Source: Candidatus Dormiibacterota bacterium (lineage in GTDB: Bacteria; Chloroflexota; Dormibacteria; CF-121). Taken from it: DNA of 64,000 nt. A program made the position numbers and the translations under genes. The stretch spans positions 1,075-65,074 of the forward strand of contig DATCOB010000105.1 in the NCBI GenBank assembly GCA_036564925.1, read 5' to 3'. Below, piece after piece: positions 51,722-60,498 of this stretch; the first letter of the stretch is position 1, and each line of letters starts with the position of its first letter. The notes beneath the pieces are model-generated. The model did no database searches, had not been told where the DNA came from, and saw nothing but the letters and a program-made list of their open reading frames with translations.

Positions 51722-52768
51722 ATGCTCGAACGGGTTCGGCTGACACAGTGGTCGCACGGGGCAGGTTGAGCCTGCAAGATCGGTCCTGAGGACCTGGCTC
51801 AGGTTCTGAGCCATCTGCCGGTAAGACTCCAGAACACCGACGTCCTGGTCGGGACGGAAACGGGCGACGATGCCGCCGTCTACCGACTGCGTGAAGACCT
51901 GGCCATCGTGGTCACCACCGACTTCTTCACGCCGGTCGTGGACGACGCCTATACCTTCGGGGCGATCGCCGCGGCCAACGCGCTGAGCGACGTCTATGCG
52001 ATGGGTGCCGTCCCGCTGCTGGCGATCAACCTGGTGGCCTTTCCCATCAAGGAACTCCCGGCCTCGATCCTTGCCGACATCCTTCGTGGCGGGGCCGACA
52101 AGGTGCAGGAAGCCGGGATCGACATCCTCGGTGGCCACAGCATCGACGACCACGAGCCCAAATACGGGCTTGCCGCGATCGGCACCGTGCATCCGGACCG
52201 CGTGATCCGCAACATCGGGGGCCGGCCTGGCGATTGCCTGGTCTTGACGAAGGGGCTGGGCACCGGCGTGATCACGACAGCCATCAAGCATCAGGTGGCG
52301 CCTGCTCGCGCCCAGGAGGCGGCCATCACCAGCATGCTCCGGCTGAACCGCGAGGCGGCCGCCGTCATGGCGACGTTCGACGTGAGTGCGGCGACCGACG
52401 TCACCGGCTTCGGCCTGCTTGGCCACCTCCATTCCATGGCCAGGGCTTCCGGCGTCGGGGCTGTGGTCTCTGCCGCGGCGGTGCCGTTGCTCCCCGACGC
52501 GCAGATGCTGGCCGAGGCCGGCGAAGTCCCCGGGGGCACCCGCTCGAATGAGCGGTTTCTCCAAAGCCGGGTCACCTTTGCCGCCGGCGTCGCTGCGTCC
52601 CAGCGTACCCTGCTCTGCGATGCCCAAACATCCGGTGGGCTGCTGATCGCCCTTCCTTTAGCGTCGGCCCCCGCGCTGCTGGCCGCCCTGCGGAGCCGGG
52701 GGGAAGGGGCGTTCCAGATCGGAGAGCTTGTCGAAGGTGAGCCGGGCAGCATCACGGTCGAGGGCTGA
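51722..52768 (+). CDS. selD: Selenide, water dikinase (selenophosphate synthetase). This is a selenoprotein, with in-frame TGA at 51767-51769 read as Sec (U16).
   Basis: Track ORF 51908-52768 is the SelD body (FFTPVVDDAYTFGAIAAANALSDVYAMGA). The same frame continues upstream through TGA to ATG 51722, encoding MLERVRLTQWSHGAGUACKIGPEDLAQVL, the canonical SelD active-site loop with Sec/Cys. A GGAG SD lies just upstream. Confidence 0.85.
51780..51813 (+). promoter_or_regulatory. Candidate bacterial SECIS hairpin(s) 11-45 nt downstream of the selD UGA
   Basis: Two adjacent stem-loops: UCGGUCC-UGA-GGACCUGG (about 51780-51798) and GGCUCAG-GUU-CUGAGCC (7-bp perfect stem, about 51797-51813). The position matches the 11-nt spacing rule for bacterial SECIS. 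Confidence 0.35.
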
Positions 52769-52934
52769 AAAGGGGCGCCAACCCGGTATCGCGCTGTTAC
52801 GTCTCTGTCACGAGCAGTCCATTCGGACACATATGCCTGGGCCTGAAATGCTCGTATTAAGAGGTGATGATGCGCTGCGCAGCTCACTTCAGCCACGGGC
52901 CTCGTATTGGAGCCACCGCCCATAATGAGCCGAA

Positions 52935-53501
52935 GTGCGGATGTTCTCTAAGGCCAACCCCGATGACGATCGGCCCCTCATCGAGCGGGTTCGGCGGGGC
53001 GATCAGGATGCGGCGCGGGCCCTCTTCGAACGCTACTTCGATCGTATCTACAACTATGTGTATGCCCGTCTCGGCCGAGTCGAGGACGCGGAGGATCTTG
53101 CCATGGACACGATGACGCGCAGCCTGACCAGGCTGGACCAGTTCCAGGATCAGGGGGTCGCCTTCTCCTCCTGGGTGTACCGGATCGCGCATAACGCGAC
53201 GATCGATCACTACCGCCGGCAGGGCAAGGTCACGCTGGTGTCACTGGAGAACGCGACGCTGCCGCAGTCGGCCGATCCCTCGGAGATGGCCATCGAGCGC
53301 ATGTCGAACGAAGGCCTGCGAAGCGCGATTCGGGATCTGACCGAGGAACAGCAACAGGTTCTGATCCTTCGGTTCTTCCAGGATCTGACGGCGGCGCAGG
53401 TCGCGGACATCATGGGTAAGTCGGTTGGCGCCGTCCAGGCGCTCCAGCACCGGGCGCTTGGCTCGCTGGAGCGCGCCCTGCAGGGGAGGCCGTCAAATTG
53501 A
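52935..53501 (+). CDS. ECF-type RNA polymerase sigma factor
   Basis: Region 2 (DLAMDTMTRSL...VYRIAHNATIDHYRRQ) and region 4 (LTEEQQQVLILRFFQDLTAAQVADIMGKSVGAVQALQHRAL). Alternative ATG at 52941. Confidence 0.85.
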   Translation: MRMFSKANPDDDRPLIERVRRGDQDAARALFERYFDRIYNYVYARLGRVEDAEDLAMDTMTRSLTRLDQFQDQGVAFSSWVYRIAHNATIDHYRRQGKVTLVSLENATLPQSADPSEMAIERMSNEGLRSAIRDLTEEQQQVLILRFFQDLTAAQVADIMGKSVGAVQALQHRALGSLERALQGRPSN

Positions 53502-54241
53502 TGCCTGAAGCGCAGCGTCTCGAGCGGCTGGCGGAGCGGCTCCGCTCGCTGGATCCGGTGGCCCCGTCGCCGGCTGCCAAGATTCGCGGTTGGAACCTCG
53601 TCGCTGCGGAGGTCCAGCGGTACGGGTCTCGCCGTGCGCACGCCCGGTCGATGGGCCGGCTGGTGCTGGCAGGGCTGGCTGCCGCCAGCCTGCTCGCCGC
53701 GGGGGCGGTGGCCGCGTCCGCCGACAGCCTGCCGGATTCGGCGCTGTATCCGGTCAAGGGTGCCATCGAAAACGTTCAGGGTATCTTCACCTTCACTCCG
53801 TCCGACCAGTTCAACCACCATCTCAGCCTGGCCGGCACCCGGCTTCGCGAGGCGGAGGCGATGATCGCTCGCCATCGGATCGATCTCGCGGACCAGGCCC
53901 TCGCCGGTCTTAACGAGCAGCTGCAGGGCGCCGCCGCGGTGGTGCGCACGCTGGCGGACACGAGTCCGTCGCTTGGGAACAGCCTCGAGCAACAGTTGCG
54001 CCAGGCGATTGAGACGCACGATGCGCAGCTGGCCAGCCTGCAGGGCGAGGTGACCAACCCGACGGCGATCGCCGCGATCACGCAGGCGCGGGACAAGGCC
54101 CAGCAGGCGCTCCAGGTGGCTGCCGACGCGTCCCGGTCGGGTCAGGGCAAAGATACCGGCCCGTCATCGCAGCCCAGCAAAGGCCATGCTGGCGGCACCG
54201 AAAAGCCGTCGAATTCCGGCCAACCGGCGCCAACTCCCTAG
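53498..54241 (+). CDS. Putative anti-sigma factor (DUF5667-like) with a single TM and a periplasmic coiled, Pro/Gly-rich tail
   Basis: ATGA overlap with the sigma gene. Cytoplasmic N-terminus, TM (LVLAGLAAASLLAAGAVAA), then a helical extracytoplasmic domain. Confidence 0.55.
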   Translation: MMPEAQRLERLAERLRSLDPVAPSPAAKIRGWNLVAAEVQRYGSRRAHARSMGRLVLAGLAAASLLAAGAVAASADSLPDSALYPVKGAIENVQGIFTFTPSDQFNHHLSLAGTRLREAEAMIARHRIDLADQALAGLNEQLQGAAAVVRTLADTSPSLGNSLEQQLRQAIETHDAQLASLQGEVTNPTAIAAITQARDKAQQALQVAADASRSGQGKDTGPSSQPSKGHAGGTEKPSNSGQPAPTP

Positions 54242-54264
54242 TCCGCCGGCCGAGCCCCGTTAGG

Positions 54265-54762
54265 ATGGGCCCGATGGCCCGCCCCCGCGTCGCCCTCCTC
54301 TCATCGGCGGTGGCGACGCTGCTCGTGCTGATCGCCGACCAGGCCAGCAAGGCCTGGGCCATGGTGTCGCTTCCCAGGGGACAGCTGGTCACCGTTGTCC
54401 CGGGCTGGCTCTGGTTCAGGCTGCTGAGCAATAGCGGGGCCAGCTTCAGCCTGCTGCACGGATACAACCGGCTGTTTGCGAGCATCAGTGTCCTCGTGGT
54501 GCTTGCGATCGGCGTCATCCTGGTTCGCGGGCATGTCGTGGACCCGTTGAGCGTTATCGCCCTCGGGGCCGTCGCCGGCGGTGCGCTGGGCAATCTCGTC
54601 GACCGAGTCCGCCTCGCCGCCGTGGTCGACTTCATCACGGTCCGATGGTGGCCGGCCGACTTCAACCTGGCCGATGCCGCTATTCGCGTTGGCGTCATCC
54701 TCTTCCTGTGCGGCCTGTTCCTCGAGCAGCGACGACGCACTTCCCGGCGCTTGACAGACTGA
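54265..54762 (+). CDS. lspA: Lipoprotein signal peptidase (signal peptidase II)
   Basis: Conserved NSGASFSL and GNLVDRV catalytic Asp motifs. 4 TM. Confidence 0.85.
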   Translation: MGPMARPRVALLSSAVATLLVLIADQASKAWAMVSLPRGQLVTVVPGWLWFRLLSNSGASFSLLHGYNRLFASISVLVVLAIGVILVRGHVVDPLSVIALGAVAGGALGNLVDRVRLAAVVDFITVRWWPADFNLADAAIRVGVILFLCGLFLEQRRRTSRRLTD

Positions 54763-54842
54763 CCCGGCCGGTTACGCTTGGAGCAAGAGGAGCACGGAGC
54801 GTGGACAATCTCTTGATCCCAACGCGTTCGGCACCATCCGTC

Positions 54843-55301
54843 ATGCAGACGACGCATGTCCGCGAGATGGCCGCGAACCTCGTCCTTGGTCGGGCCCTCC
54901 AGGCGCTGGACGCCGCCTGCGGCATGGTGGTCTACTGGGACGCCGAGGGACGCTGGAACGCCGACAGCTTTGCGCTGCCGGGCCGGCCGGACCGGCTGCA
55001 AGAGCTGGCCCCCGTGCTCGAGGCGCTGGTGGAGTGGACGCTGTACAGCGAAGTTCCTGTCGCCGTCCAGGACCTGGGCAAGAGCCGATGGTCCCGTTAC
55101 CTGCTGCACGACGCGGACCCCCCGTCCGGGTCGATCGCGGCGACGCCGCTCGCCCAACGGGGAACCATCTGGGGTGCCGCGGCCGTCTACCGGGCGGACG
55201 TGACCGTGAACGCCATGGACCTGCTGCGGCAGCTGGCTGAGCTCGCCACGGAACCGCTCAGTTCACTTGGTTTCGGGCGTCCGGAGGGGGTGGTCGGCTA
55301 G
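54843..55301 (+). CDS. GAF domain-containing protein, hypothetical
   Basis: Internal ATG of track ORF 54645-55301. About 150 aa with a GAF-like pattern. Weak assignment. Confidence 0.45.
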   Translation: MQTTHVREMAANLVLGRALQALDAACGMVVYWDAEGRWNADSFALPGRPDRLQELAPVLEALVEWTLYSEVPVAVQDLGKSRWSRYLLHDADPPSGSIAATPLAQRGTIWGAAAVYRADVTVNAMDLLRQLAELATEPLSSLGFGRPEGVVG

Positions 55302-55316
55302 CCACCCATTCGTATC

Positions 55317-56420
55317 ATGGGTTCGATGAGGGCGGAGGAATCCCGGCGGCGCCTGACAGCGCTGCGCCGGCAGCTTAGCGAGCAATCGCTGGATGGGCTC
55401 GTGGTCACCGCGCCGCCGAACATCCGGTACCTGTCCGGCTTCACCGGCACGCTGGGCTACCTGGTGGTCGGGCATGACCTGGCAGAGATCGTTGGGGACA
55501 GTCGCTACTGGCTGCAGATGGAGGAGGAAGCCCCGGCCTTTTCGCTGGCCCGCTCCGGACCATCCGTCGGGCTGTGGGCGCTGGTGGCCGACCGGCTGAA
55601 GGGACACCGGATGCTGCGAGTCGGCTTCGAGGCCCAGCACCTCACGGTGGACATGTACGATCGGCTTCGCGCGGCCATCCCGAGCAACGCGACGCTGGAG
55701 GGGACGAGCGGACTGGTCGAAAACCTTCGCATCTGCAAAACGCCGGACGAGATTGCCCAGCTGCGCCTCGTGGCAGCGATCGCCGGTCGCGCATTCGATC
55801 GGGTTCGTGACGGGGTTCGCCCCGGACTCCGTGAGCGAGATGTGGCCTTCCTCCTCGAGCAGGCGTTTCTCGAGTTGGGTGCGGACGGCCCCTCCTTCGA
55901 ATCCATCGTGGCGGGTGGAGAGCGGGGAGCGTTGCCGCACGGTCGCGCATCTGACCGGGTGCTCGAACGAGGCGACATGATCGTGGTCGACTTCGGCGCC
56001 CGTGCCGGCGGCTACAACAGCGACACGACACGGACGATCGTCCTCGGGGAACCAAGTGCCGAGCAGCAGCGCGTGATCGACGCTGTGCGGGAAGCGCAGT
56101 CGGCGTCGCTCGTGATGATGAAGCCGGGGGTGGCCGCCGACGCCGTCTACCGGCGCGCCCGGGAGGTGGCCGTCAGCCTGGCTGGCGCGGATCATGCCTT
56201 TGGCCATGGCCTCGGGCACGGGATCGGCTTGATGGTGCATGAGCGGCCGTTCCTCTCGTCGAGCGATCAGACGATCCTCCAGGCTGGCATGGTAGTCACG
56301 AACGAGCCGGGGGTGTATGTGCCCGGTTGGGGCGGGGTTCGGCTCGAGGACATGGTCCTGGTCACGGACGCAGGCCCGGAGATCATCAGCCCCGCCTCAC
56401 GGGATGTTGTGGTGGGATGA
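55317..56420 (+). CDS. Xaa-Pro aminopeptidase / M24 family metallopeptidase
   Basis: Creatinase N-domain plus M24 pita-bread motifs ([35 protein letters not shown]...RLEDMV). Confidence 0.85.
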   Translation: MGSMRAEESRRRLTALRRQLSEQSLDGLVVTAPPNIRYLSGFTGTLGYLVVGHDLAEIVGDSRYWLQMEEEAPAFSLARSGPSVGLWALVADRLKGHRMLRVGFEAQHLTVDMYDRLRAAIPSNATLEGTSGLVENLRICKTPDEIAQLRLVAAIAGRAFDRVRDGVRPGLRERDVAFLLEQAFLELGADGPSFESIVAGGERGALPHGRASDRVLERGDMIVVDFGARAGGYNSDTTRTIVLGEPSAEQQRVIDAVREAQSASLVMMKPGVAADAVYRRAREVAVSLAGADHAFGHGLGHGIGLMVHERPFLSSSDQTILQAGMVVTNEPGVYVPGWGGVRLEDMVLVTDAGPEIISPASRDVVVG

Positions 56421-57076
56421 CGCCCGCCGCGACGCTACGCGAGAAACTGCAGATCGCCGTCTTTTCGGACGAGCTGTTTGCCGAGAACTGCTACGTCGTG
56501 CGGCGACGCGACACATCGGCGGCCATGGTCATCGACCCGGGCTTGCAGGTCCGACGCGTGGTCGAGTATCTGGAGACGAGCCGGCTGCGAGTCGAACACA
56601 TTCTCCTCTCGCACGGCCACATCGATCACATCGCCGGCGTGCCGTCCGTCCAGGCGGCGGGCCGGGCCGCGGTCGCCATGCACCCGGATGACCGTGCCAT
56701 TCTTGACTGGGACCAATTCGCCCAGCTTCCCTTTCTCCCGCCGGATTTTGCACCGTTCCGTGTCGACGTGGAGATTCGAGACGGGATGACGATCGCATTT
56801 CAGGATGTCGCTCTCCGCGCGCTGCACACGCCCGGCCATACCCAGGGCTCGGTCTGTTTCCTCTTCGGCCTCGACTGCTTTGCCGGCGACACGCTCTTTC
56901 AGCGGAGCATCGGGCGCACCGACCTCCCGGGCGGTGATCCGCAAAAGATCATGCTGTCCATCCAAAACGTTTTGTACCGCCTGCCGCTGAAAACGGTCGT
57001 GCATCCCGGGCACGGGCCCGTCACCACGATCGAGGAGGAGATGCTCCTCAACCCCTTCGTCCCGCAAGCGCGATAA
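56417..57076 (+). CDS. MBL-fold metallo-hydrolase (hydroxyacylglutathione hydrolase-like)
   Basis: ATGA overlap with the upstream gene. HxHxDH motif [12 protein letters not shown] and HTPGHTQGS. Confidence 0.8.
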   Translation: MTPAATLREKLQIAVFSDELFAENCYVVRRRDTSAAMVIDPGLQVRRVVEYLETSRLRVEHILLSHGHIDHIAGVPSVQAAGRAAVAMHPDDRAILDWDQFAQLPFLPPDFAPFRVDVEIRDGMTIAFQDVALRALHTPGHTQGSVCFLFGLDCFAGDTLFQRSIGRTDLPGGDPQKIMLSIQNVLYRLPLKTVVHPGHGPVTTIEEEMLLNPFVPQAR

Positions 57077-57957
57077 TGCGGATCGCATCCCTGCTGCCCA
57101 GCGCGACCGAGATCGTGTGCGCGCTGGGCCTGGAAGCTGACCTGGTGGCGATCACCCATGAGTGCGACCATCCGCCGTCGGTCTCGCGCAAGCCCGTCGT
57201 CACCAGTAGCGTTCTCCCGGCAGCCGGCTCGAGTGGTGAGATCGATCATCACATTCGCAAGCTCGTGCACGAGGGCAGCAGCATTTACGCCCTCGACCAG
57301 GACCGCCTCATGGCTCTCCAGCCAGACCTGATCCTGACCCAGGAGCTGTGTGCCGTCTGTGCCGTCTCGTATCCCATCGTCGAGAAGGCCTCGCACCGTC
57401 TCCAGGCGCCCACCCAGCTCGTCTCCCTCGAACCCGAGAGCCTCGATGATGTCTTCGACAACATTCGGTTGGTCGGGCAGTTGACCGGACGGGCGCAAGT
57501 GGCCGAGGCGGTCGTGACGGCCCTGACCGCACGGATTGACAGGGTGCGTCGGCGGGTGGCCGGGCGGCCTCGCCGTCGCCTCGTCGCGCTGGAGTGGATC
57601 GAGCCCCCCTACCGTTCCGGGCATTGGACCCCCGGACTGGTCCGACTGGCCGGCGGCGAGGACCTGCTGGGCCGGCCTGGGCAACGCGCCTCCGCGATCG
57701 ACTGGCGTCAGATCGACGAGGCCGGGCCGGAGGTGCTGGTCGTCATGGCCTGTGGCTTCACCCTCGAGCGGAGTCTTTACGAGGTCGAACGTATCGCACC
57801 GCGCCTCGCCGGCCGGGAGTGTTTCGTCGTGGATGGCAATGCCTTCTTCAGCCGCCCCGGGCCCCGCCTGGTCGACAGCGTGGAGATCCTGGCGGGCATC
57901 CTGCACCCGGAGGTGGTCGAGCCCCCACCTGGCACGGCCGCCCGGCGGGTTGCCTAA
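57076..57957 (+). CDS. Periplasmic-binding-protein class III fold protein (BtuF/FhuD-like, cobalamin or Fe-siderophore binding); no obvious signal peptide
   Basis: PF01497-like pattern (ALQPDLILTQ...VSLEPESLDDV). N-terminus [18 protein letters not shown]. Confidence 0.6.
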   Translation: MRIASLLPSATEIVCALGLEADLVAITHECDHPPSVSRKPVVTSSVLPAAGSSGEIDHHIRKLVHEGSSIYALDQDRLMALQPDLILTQELCAVCAVSYPIVEKASHRLQAPTQLVSLEPESLDDVFDNIRLVGQLTGRAQVAEAVVTALTARIDRVRRRVAGRPRRRLVALEWIEPPYRSGHWTPGLVRLAGGEDLLGRPGQRASAIDWRQIDEAGPEVLVVMACGFTLERSLYEVERIAPRLAGRECFVVDGNAFFSRPGPRLVDSVEILAGILHPEVVEPPPGTAARRVA

Positions 57958-58115
57958 CCGCCGAAGGCGAACCGGAAGAAGGCGGCCGCGATCAGGATCA
58001 GGGCGATGCCGCCGCCGAGGAGCAGGAGCACGGCCGCCCCAGCGAAGCCGAGCATGCGGCCGAAGGCGAGCCGCAGCTCGTCCTCCGCGGATGGGTCGGA
58101 GCTATGCTCCCTCAC
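57954..58115 (-). CDS. Small protein, 53 aa, with a C-terminal TM helix (VREHSSDPSAEDELRLAFGRMLGFAGAAVLLLLGGGIALILIAAAFFRFAFGG)
   Basis: GTG start overlapping the stop of the upstream 149-aa ORF (GTGA). High GC3. This is the C-terminal part of the longer track ORF 57954-58328, whose 5' half is antisense-overlapped and judged non-coding. Confidence 0.4.
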   Translation of the reverse strand: MREHSSDPSAEDELRLAFGRMLGFAGAAVLLLLGGGIALILIAAAFFRFAFGG

Positions 58116-58561
58116 CGCAACGGCAACTGATCGCGGGACTCGCCGATCGTGCTCCAGTCCTTGAACGGTCCATGTGGCTCGCCCAGATCGTTGGTCGTCC
58201 AGGCGTCGACCCGGCCCAGGCCGGCCGCCAGTTGCTCGCGAAGAACCTGCGATGGGTCTCGCCGGTCGTGGACGGCGATCTTTTCGGACCGCAGTCGACG
58301 GGTGCGCGCGCCAACATCGTCGACCCACCAGATCGCGCTGATGTCCAGGACGTGGCCCGTCCGCTCGCGGTAGCTAATGGTGAGACTGGCCTCTCCCCCC
58401 TGTCGCCGGGCGAAGCGCAACTCCCAGGCCGACTTGCCGCGTCGATAGCGCTCGATCAGGAGGTCGTTCTCCCGGGCGAACGCCTCCACGGCGGGAGCGA
58501 TTGCGCGGAAGGCGTCCACGATCTCGTCGGGAATCGGGGCAGGCCGGGTCAACGGACGCAC
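58112..58561 (-). CDS. Hypothetical protein, 149 aa
   Basis: Good GC3 bias throughout. No family recognised. The overlapping plus-strand ORF 57536-58612 is rejected. Confidence 0.5.
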   Translation of the reverse strand: MRPLTRPAPIPDEIVDAFRAIAPAVEAFARENDLLIERYRRGKSAWELRFARRQGGEASLTISYRERTGHVLDISAIWWVDDVGARTRRLRSEKIAVHDRRDPSQVLREQLAAGLGRVDAWTTNDLGEPHGPFKDWSTIGESRDQLPLR

Positions 58562-58584
58562 GGGGCCATTGTAAAGTTGATTCG

Positions 58585-58995
58585 ATGGCGCGGCCGCAAA
58601 CGAACGAGGTGATCGACAGGATCCTCGAAACGGCGAGGACCATCGCGGTCGTCGGTCTGAGCCCCGATCCGAGGCGGCCCAGCCATGGCGTCGCCCGGTA
58701 CCTGCAGCGGGCAGGCTACCGCATCATTCCCGTGAATCCCGCGCTTAAGGAAGTCCTCGGGGAGAAGGCCTATGCCTGCGTGCGGGGTCTCCCCGACCCG
58801 GTTGATATCGTGGATGTCTTCCGCCGGTCCGAATTCGTCGGCCCGATCGTCGACGAGGCGATCGCCGCCGGGGCCACAGCCGTGTGGCTCCAGGACGGCG
58901 TGGTGGACGAGGCGGCAGCCGCGCGGGCCAGGACGGCGGGGCTCGATGTGGTGATGGACGATTGCATCATGCGCCGGCACTCCCAGCGCTGGTGA
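58585..58995 (+). CDS. CoA-binding domain protein (YccU-like)
   Basis: Internal ATG. IAVVGLSPDPRRPSHGVARYLQRAGYRIIPVNP is the classic CoA_binding_2 signature. Confidence 0.75.
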   Translation: MARPQTNEVIDRILETARTIAVVGLSPDPRRPSHGVARYLQRAGYRIIPVNPALKEVLGEKAYACVRGLPDPVDIVDVFRRSEFVGPIVDEAIAAGATAVWLQDGVVDEAAAARARTAGLDVVMDDCIMRRHSQRW

Positions 58996-60139
58996 TCTCG
59001 TGCCCGTCTAAACGATGCTCGGCGATCTCCTCCGCGGCGCGCCGGCCCGACACGTGCTCGGTCGTGACGCGCTCGAGGACGGCGCGCGTGATGATCCGTA
59101 GCTGGCGGCTGGTTACCGTGAAGATCGAGTCGATGGTTGGCTCAAGCCGCTTTTCCAGGAGGCCACAGAAGAAGAACGCGGCCGCCGCGTTGGCGACGAA
59201 GTCCGGGATGATCGTGGTCTCGCGGGCCTCCAGCGCGGTCTCCGCCTCCAGCGTCACCGGGTTGTTCGCGGCCTCGACCAGCAACCGGCACCGGATGGAC
59301 CCGTAGTTCTCGGCGCGAATGGCTCCGCCGATCGCCGCCGGGATCACGATGTCCACAGCCTGGTCGAGCCAGGCTTCCTCTGGCGCTCGCCGCACCCGTC
59401 GCGGAAGCTGGGAGCGGTCGATGTGGCCAAAGCGATCGCGGACGCTCAGCAGGTGGGGAACGTCGAGTCCGTCGTCGTCGATCAGCGCACCCTCGATGTC
59501 CGCGATGACGGTGAAACGGGCTCCCGCCCGGTGCAGGTAGCGGGCCGCGGCTCCGCCCACGTTGCCGAAACCCTGCAGGGCCACCCGCGCCCCCGTGATG
59601 GACAGGTTCAGGGCAGCGGCGGCCTCGAAGGTGCATTCTGCGACCCCGTAACCGGCGATCAACTCGGTGATGGGGACGCCTTCGCTGGTCAGGGACAGCG
59701 CCTGCTTCACGCGGCTCAGGCCCGCGCCGCCTTCCGTCTTGAAGCCTGACTGCAGGGGGTGCGTCAGTCCGACCAACTGGCAGGCGGCGATGATCTCGTC
59801 CTCGTGCGTGCCGAGATCGGCGCCCGTCGCATAGCGCTCCGCCACGTAAGGCCGGATCGCTTCCAGGAATCGGCGCAGTACGCCTTGCGCGTCTGGTGAC
59901 GCCGGGTCCCAATCGATCCCCGACTTCGCGCCACCATAGGGGATCTCGAGCACGGCCATCTTGTGCGACATCGTCCTCGCCAGGGCGGTGACCTCCGCGG
60001 CGGTCACCCCGCGACGCATGCGGATGCCTCCCGAGCACATCCCCGAGACCAGCCGGTCGATGACGAACCAGGCCCGCGCCCCGGTCGGCTCGTCATGCCA
60101 CTCGGTGATCAGGTACGGTGTCCCCGGCGCCTGCGTCAA
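58967..60139 (-). CDS. Glu/Leu/Phe/Val dehydrogenase family protein (glutamate or leucine dehydrogenase)
   Basis: GGIRMRRGVTAAEVTALARTMSHKMAVLEIPYGGAKSGI (catalytic Lys loop), NAD Rossmann GFGNVG. Confidence 0.85.
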   Translation of the reverse strand: MTQAPGTPYLITEWHDEPTGARAWFVIDRLVSGMCSGGIRMRRGVTAAEVTALARTMSHKMAVLEIPYGGAKSGIDWDPASPDAQGVLRRFLEAIRPYVAERYATGADLGTHEDEIIAACQLVGLTHPLQSGFKTEGGAGLSRVKQALSLTSEGVPITELIAGYGVAECTFEAAAALNLSITGARVALQGFGNVGGAAARYLHRAGARFTVIADIEGALIDDDGLDVPHLLSVRDRFGHIDRSQLPRRVRRAPEEAWLDQAVDIVIPAAIGGAIRAENYGSIRCRLLVEAANNPVTLEAETALEARETTIIPDFVANAAAAFFFCGLLEKRLEPTIDSIFTVTSRQLRIITRAVLERVTTEHVSGRRAAEEIAEHRLDGHEITSAGSAGA

Positions 60140-60483
60140 AAGACGCGGCCTCCCAGGGGCACGTCCTGTGAGGGCTCCAGCAGCACGACCGCGCCGGACT
60201 CGTCGGGGACGCCGAGGACCAGGACCTCCGAGCGTAGCGGGCCGATCTGGCGTGCAGGAAAATTCGTCACGGCGACCACCAGTTTGCCGCGCAACTGCTC
60301 CGGTCGGTAGTGGACGGTGAGCTGGGCGCTCGACTTGCGCCGGCCGAGCGCACCAAAATCGATCAGCAACCGGTAGGCCGGCTTGCGGGCTTCGGGAAAC
60401 TCGTCGGCCTCGACGATTCGGCCGACGCGGATATCAACACGCTCGAAGGCCGCGATGTCGATGAGCGTGCCCTCCGGTCCCAA
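60136..60483 (-). CDS. tRNA-binding protein (CsaA/Trbp111-like, Myf domain)
   Basis: FERVDIRVGRIVEADEF...KPAYRLLIDFG is the OB-fold tRNA-binding signature. TTG start inferred; the longer track ORF is rejected because it is antisense to the divergent aminotransferase start. Confidence 0.65.
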   Translation of the reverse strand: MGPEGTLIDIAAFERVDIRVGRIVEADEFPEARKPAYRLLIDFGALGRRKSSAQLTVHYRPEQLRGKLVVAVTNFPARQIGPLRSEVLVLGVPDESGAVVLLEPSQDVPLGGRVF

Positions 60484-60498
60484 GAAGCCTAGTGTAAT

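Noticed and set aside
51173-52627. 484-aa minus-strand ORF overlapping selD
   Set aside because: Antisense to the clearly conserved SelD coding frame. Arg-rich composition. The region 51173-51663 is already explained by the MBL hydrolase gene.
57536-58612. 358-aa plus-strand ORF
   Set aside because: Arg/Pro/Gly/Ser-rich nonsense overlapping two coherent minus-strand genes with proper GC3 bias.
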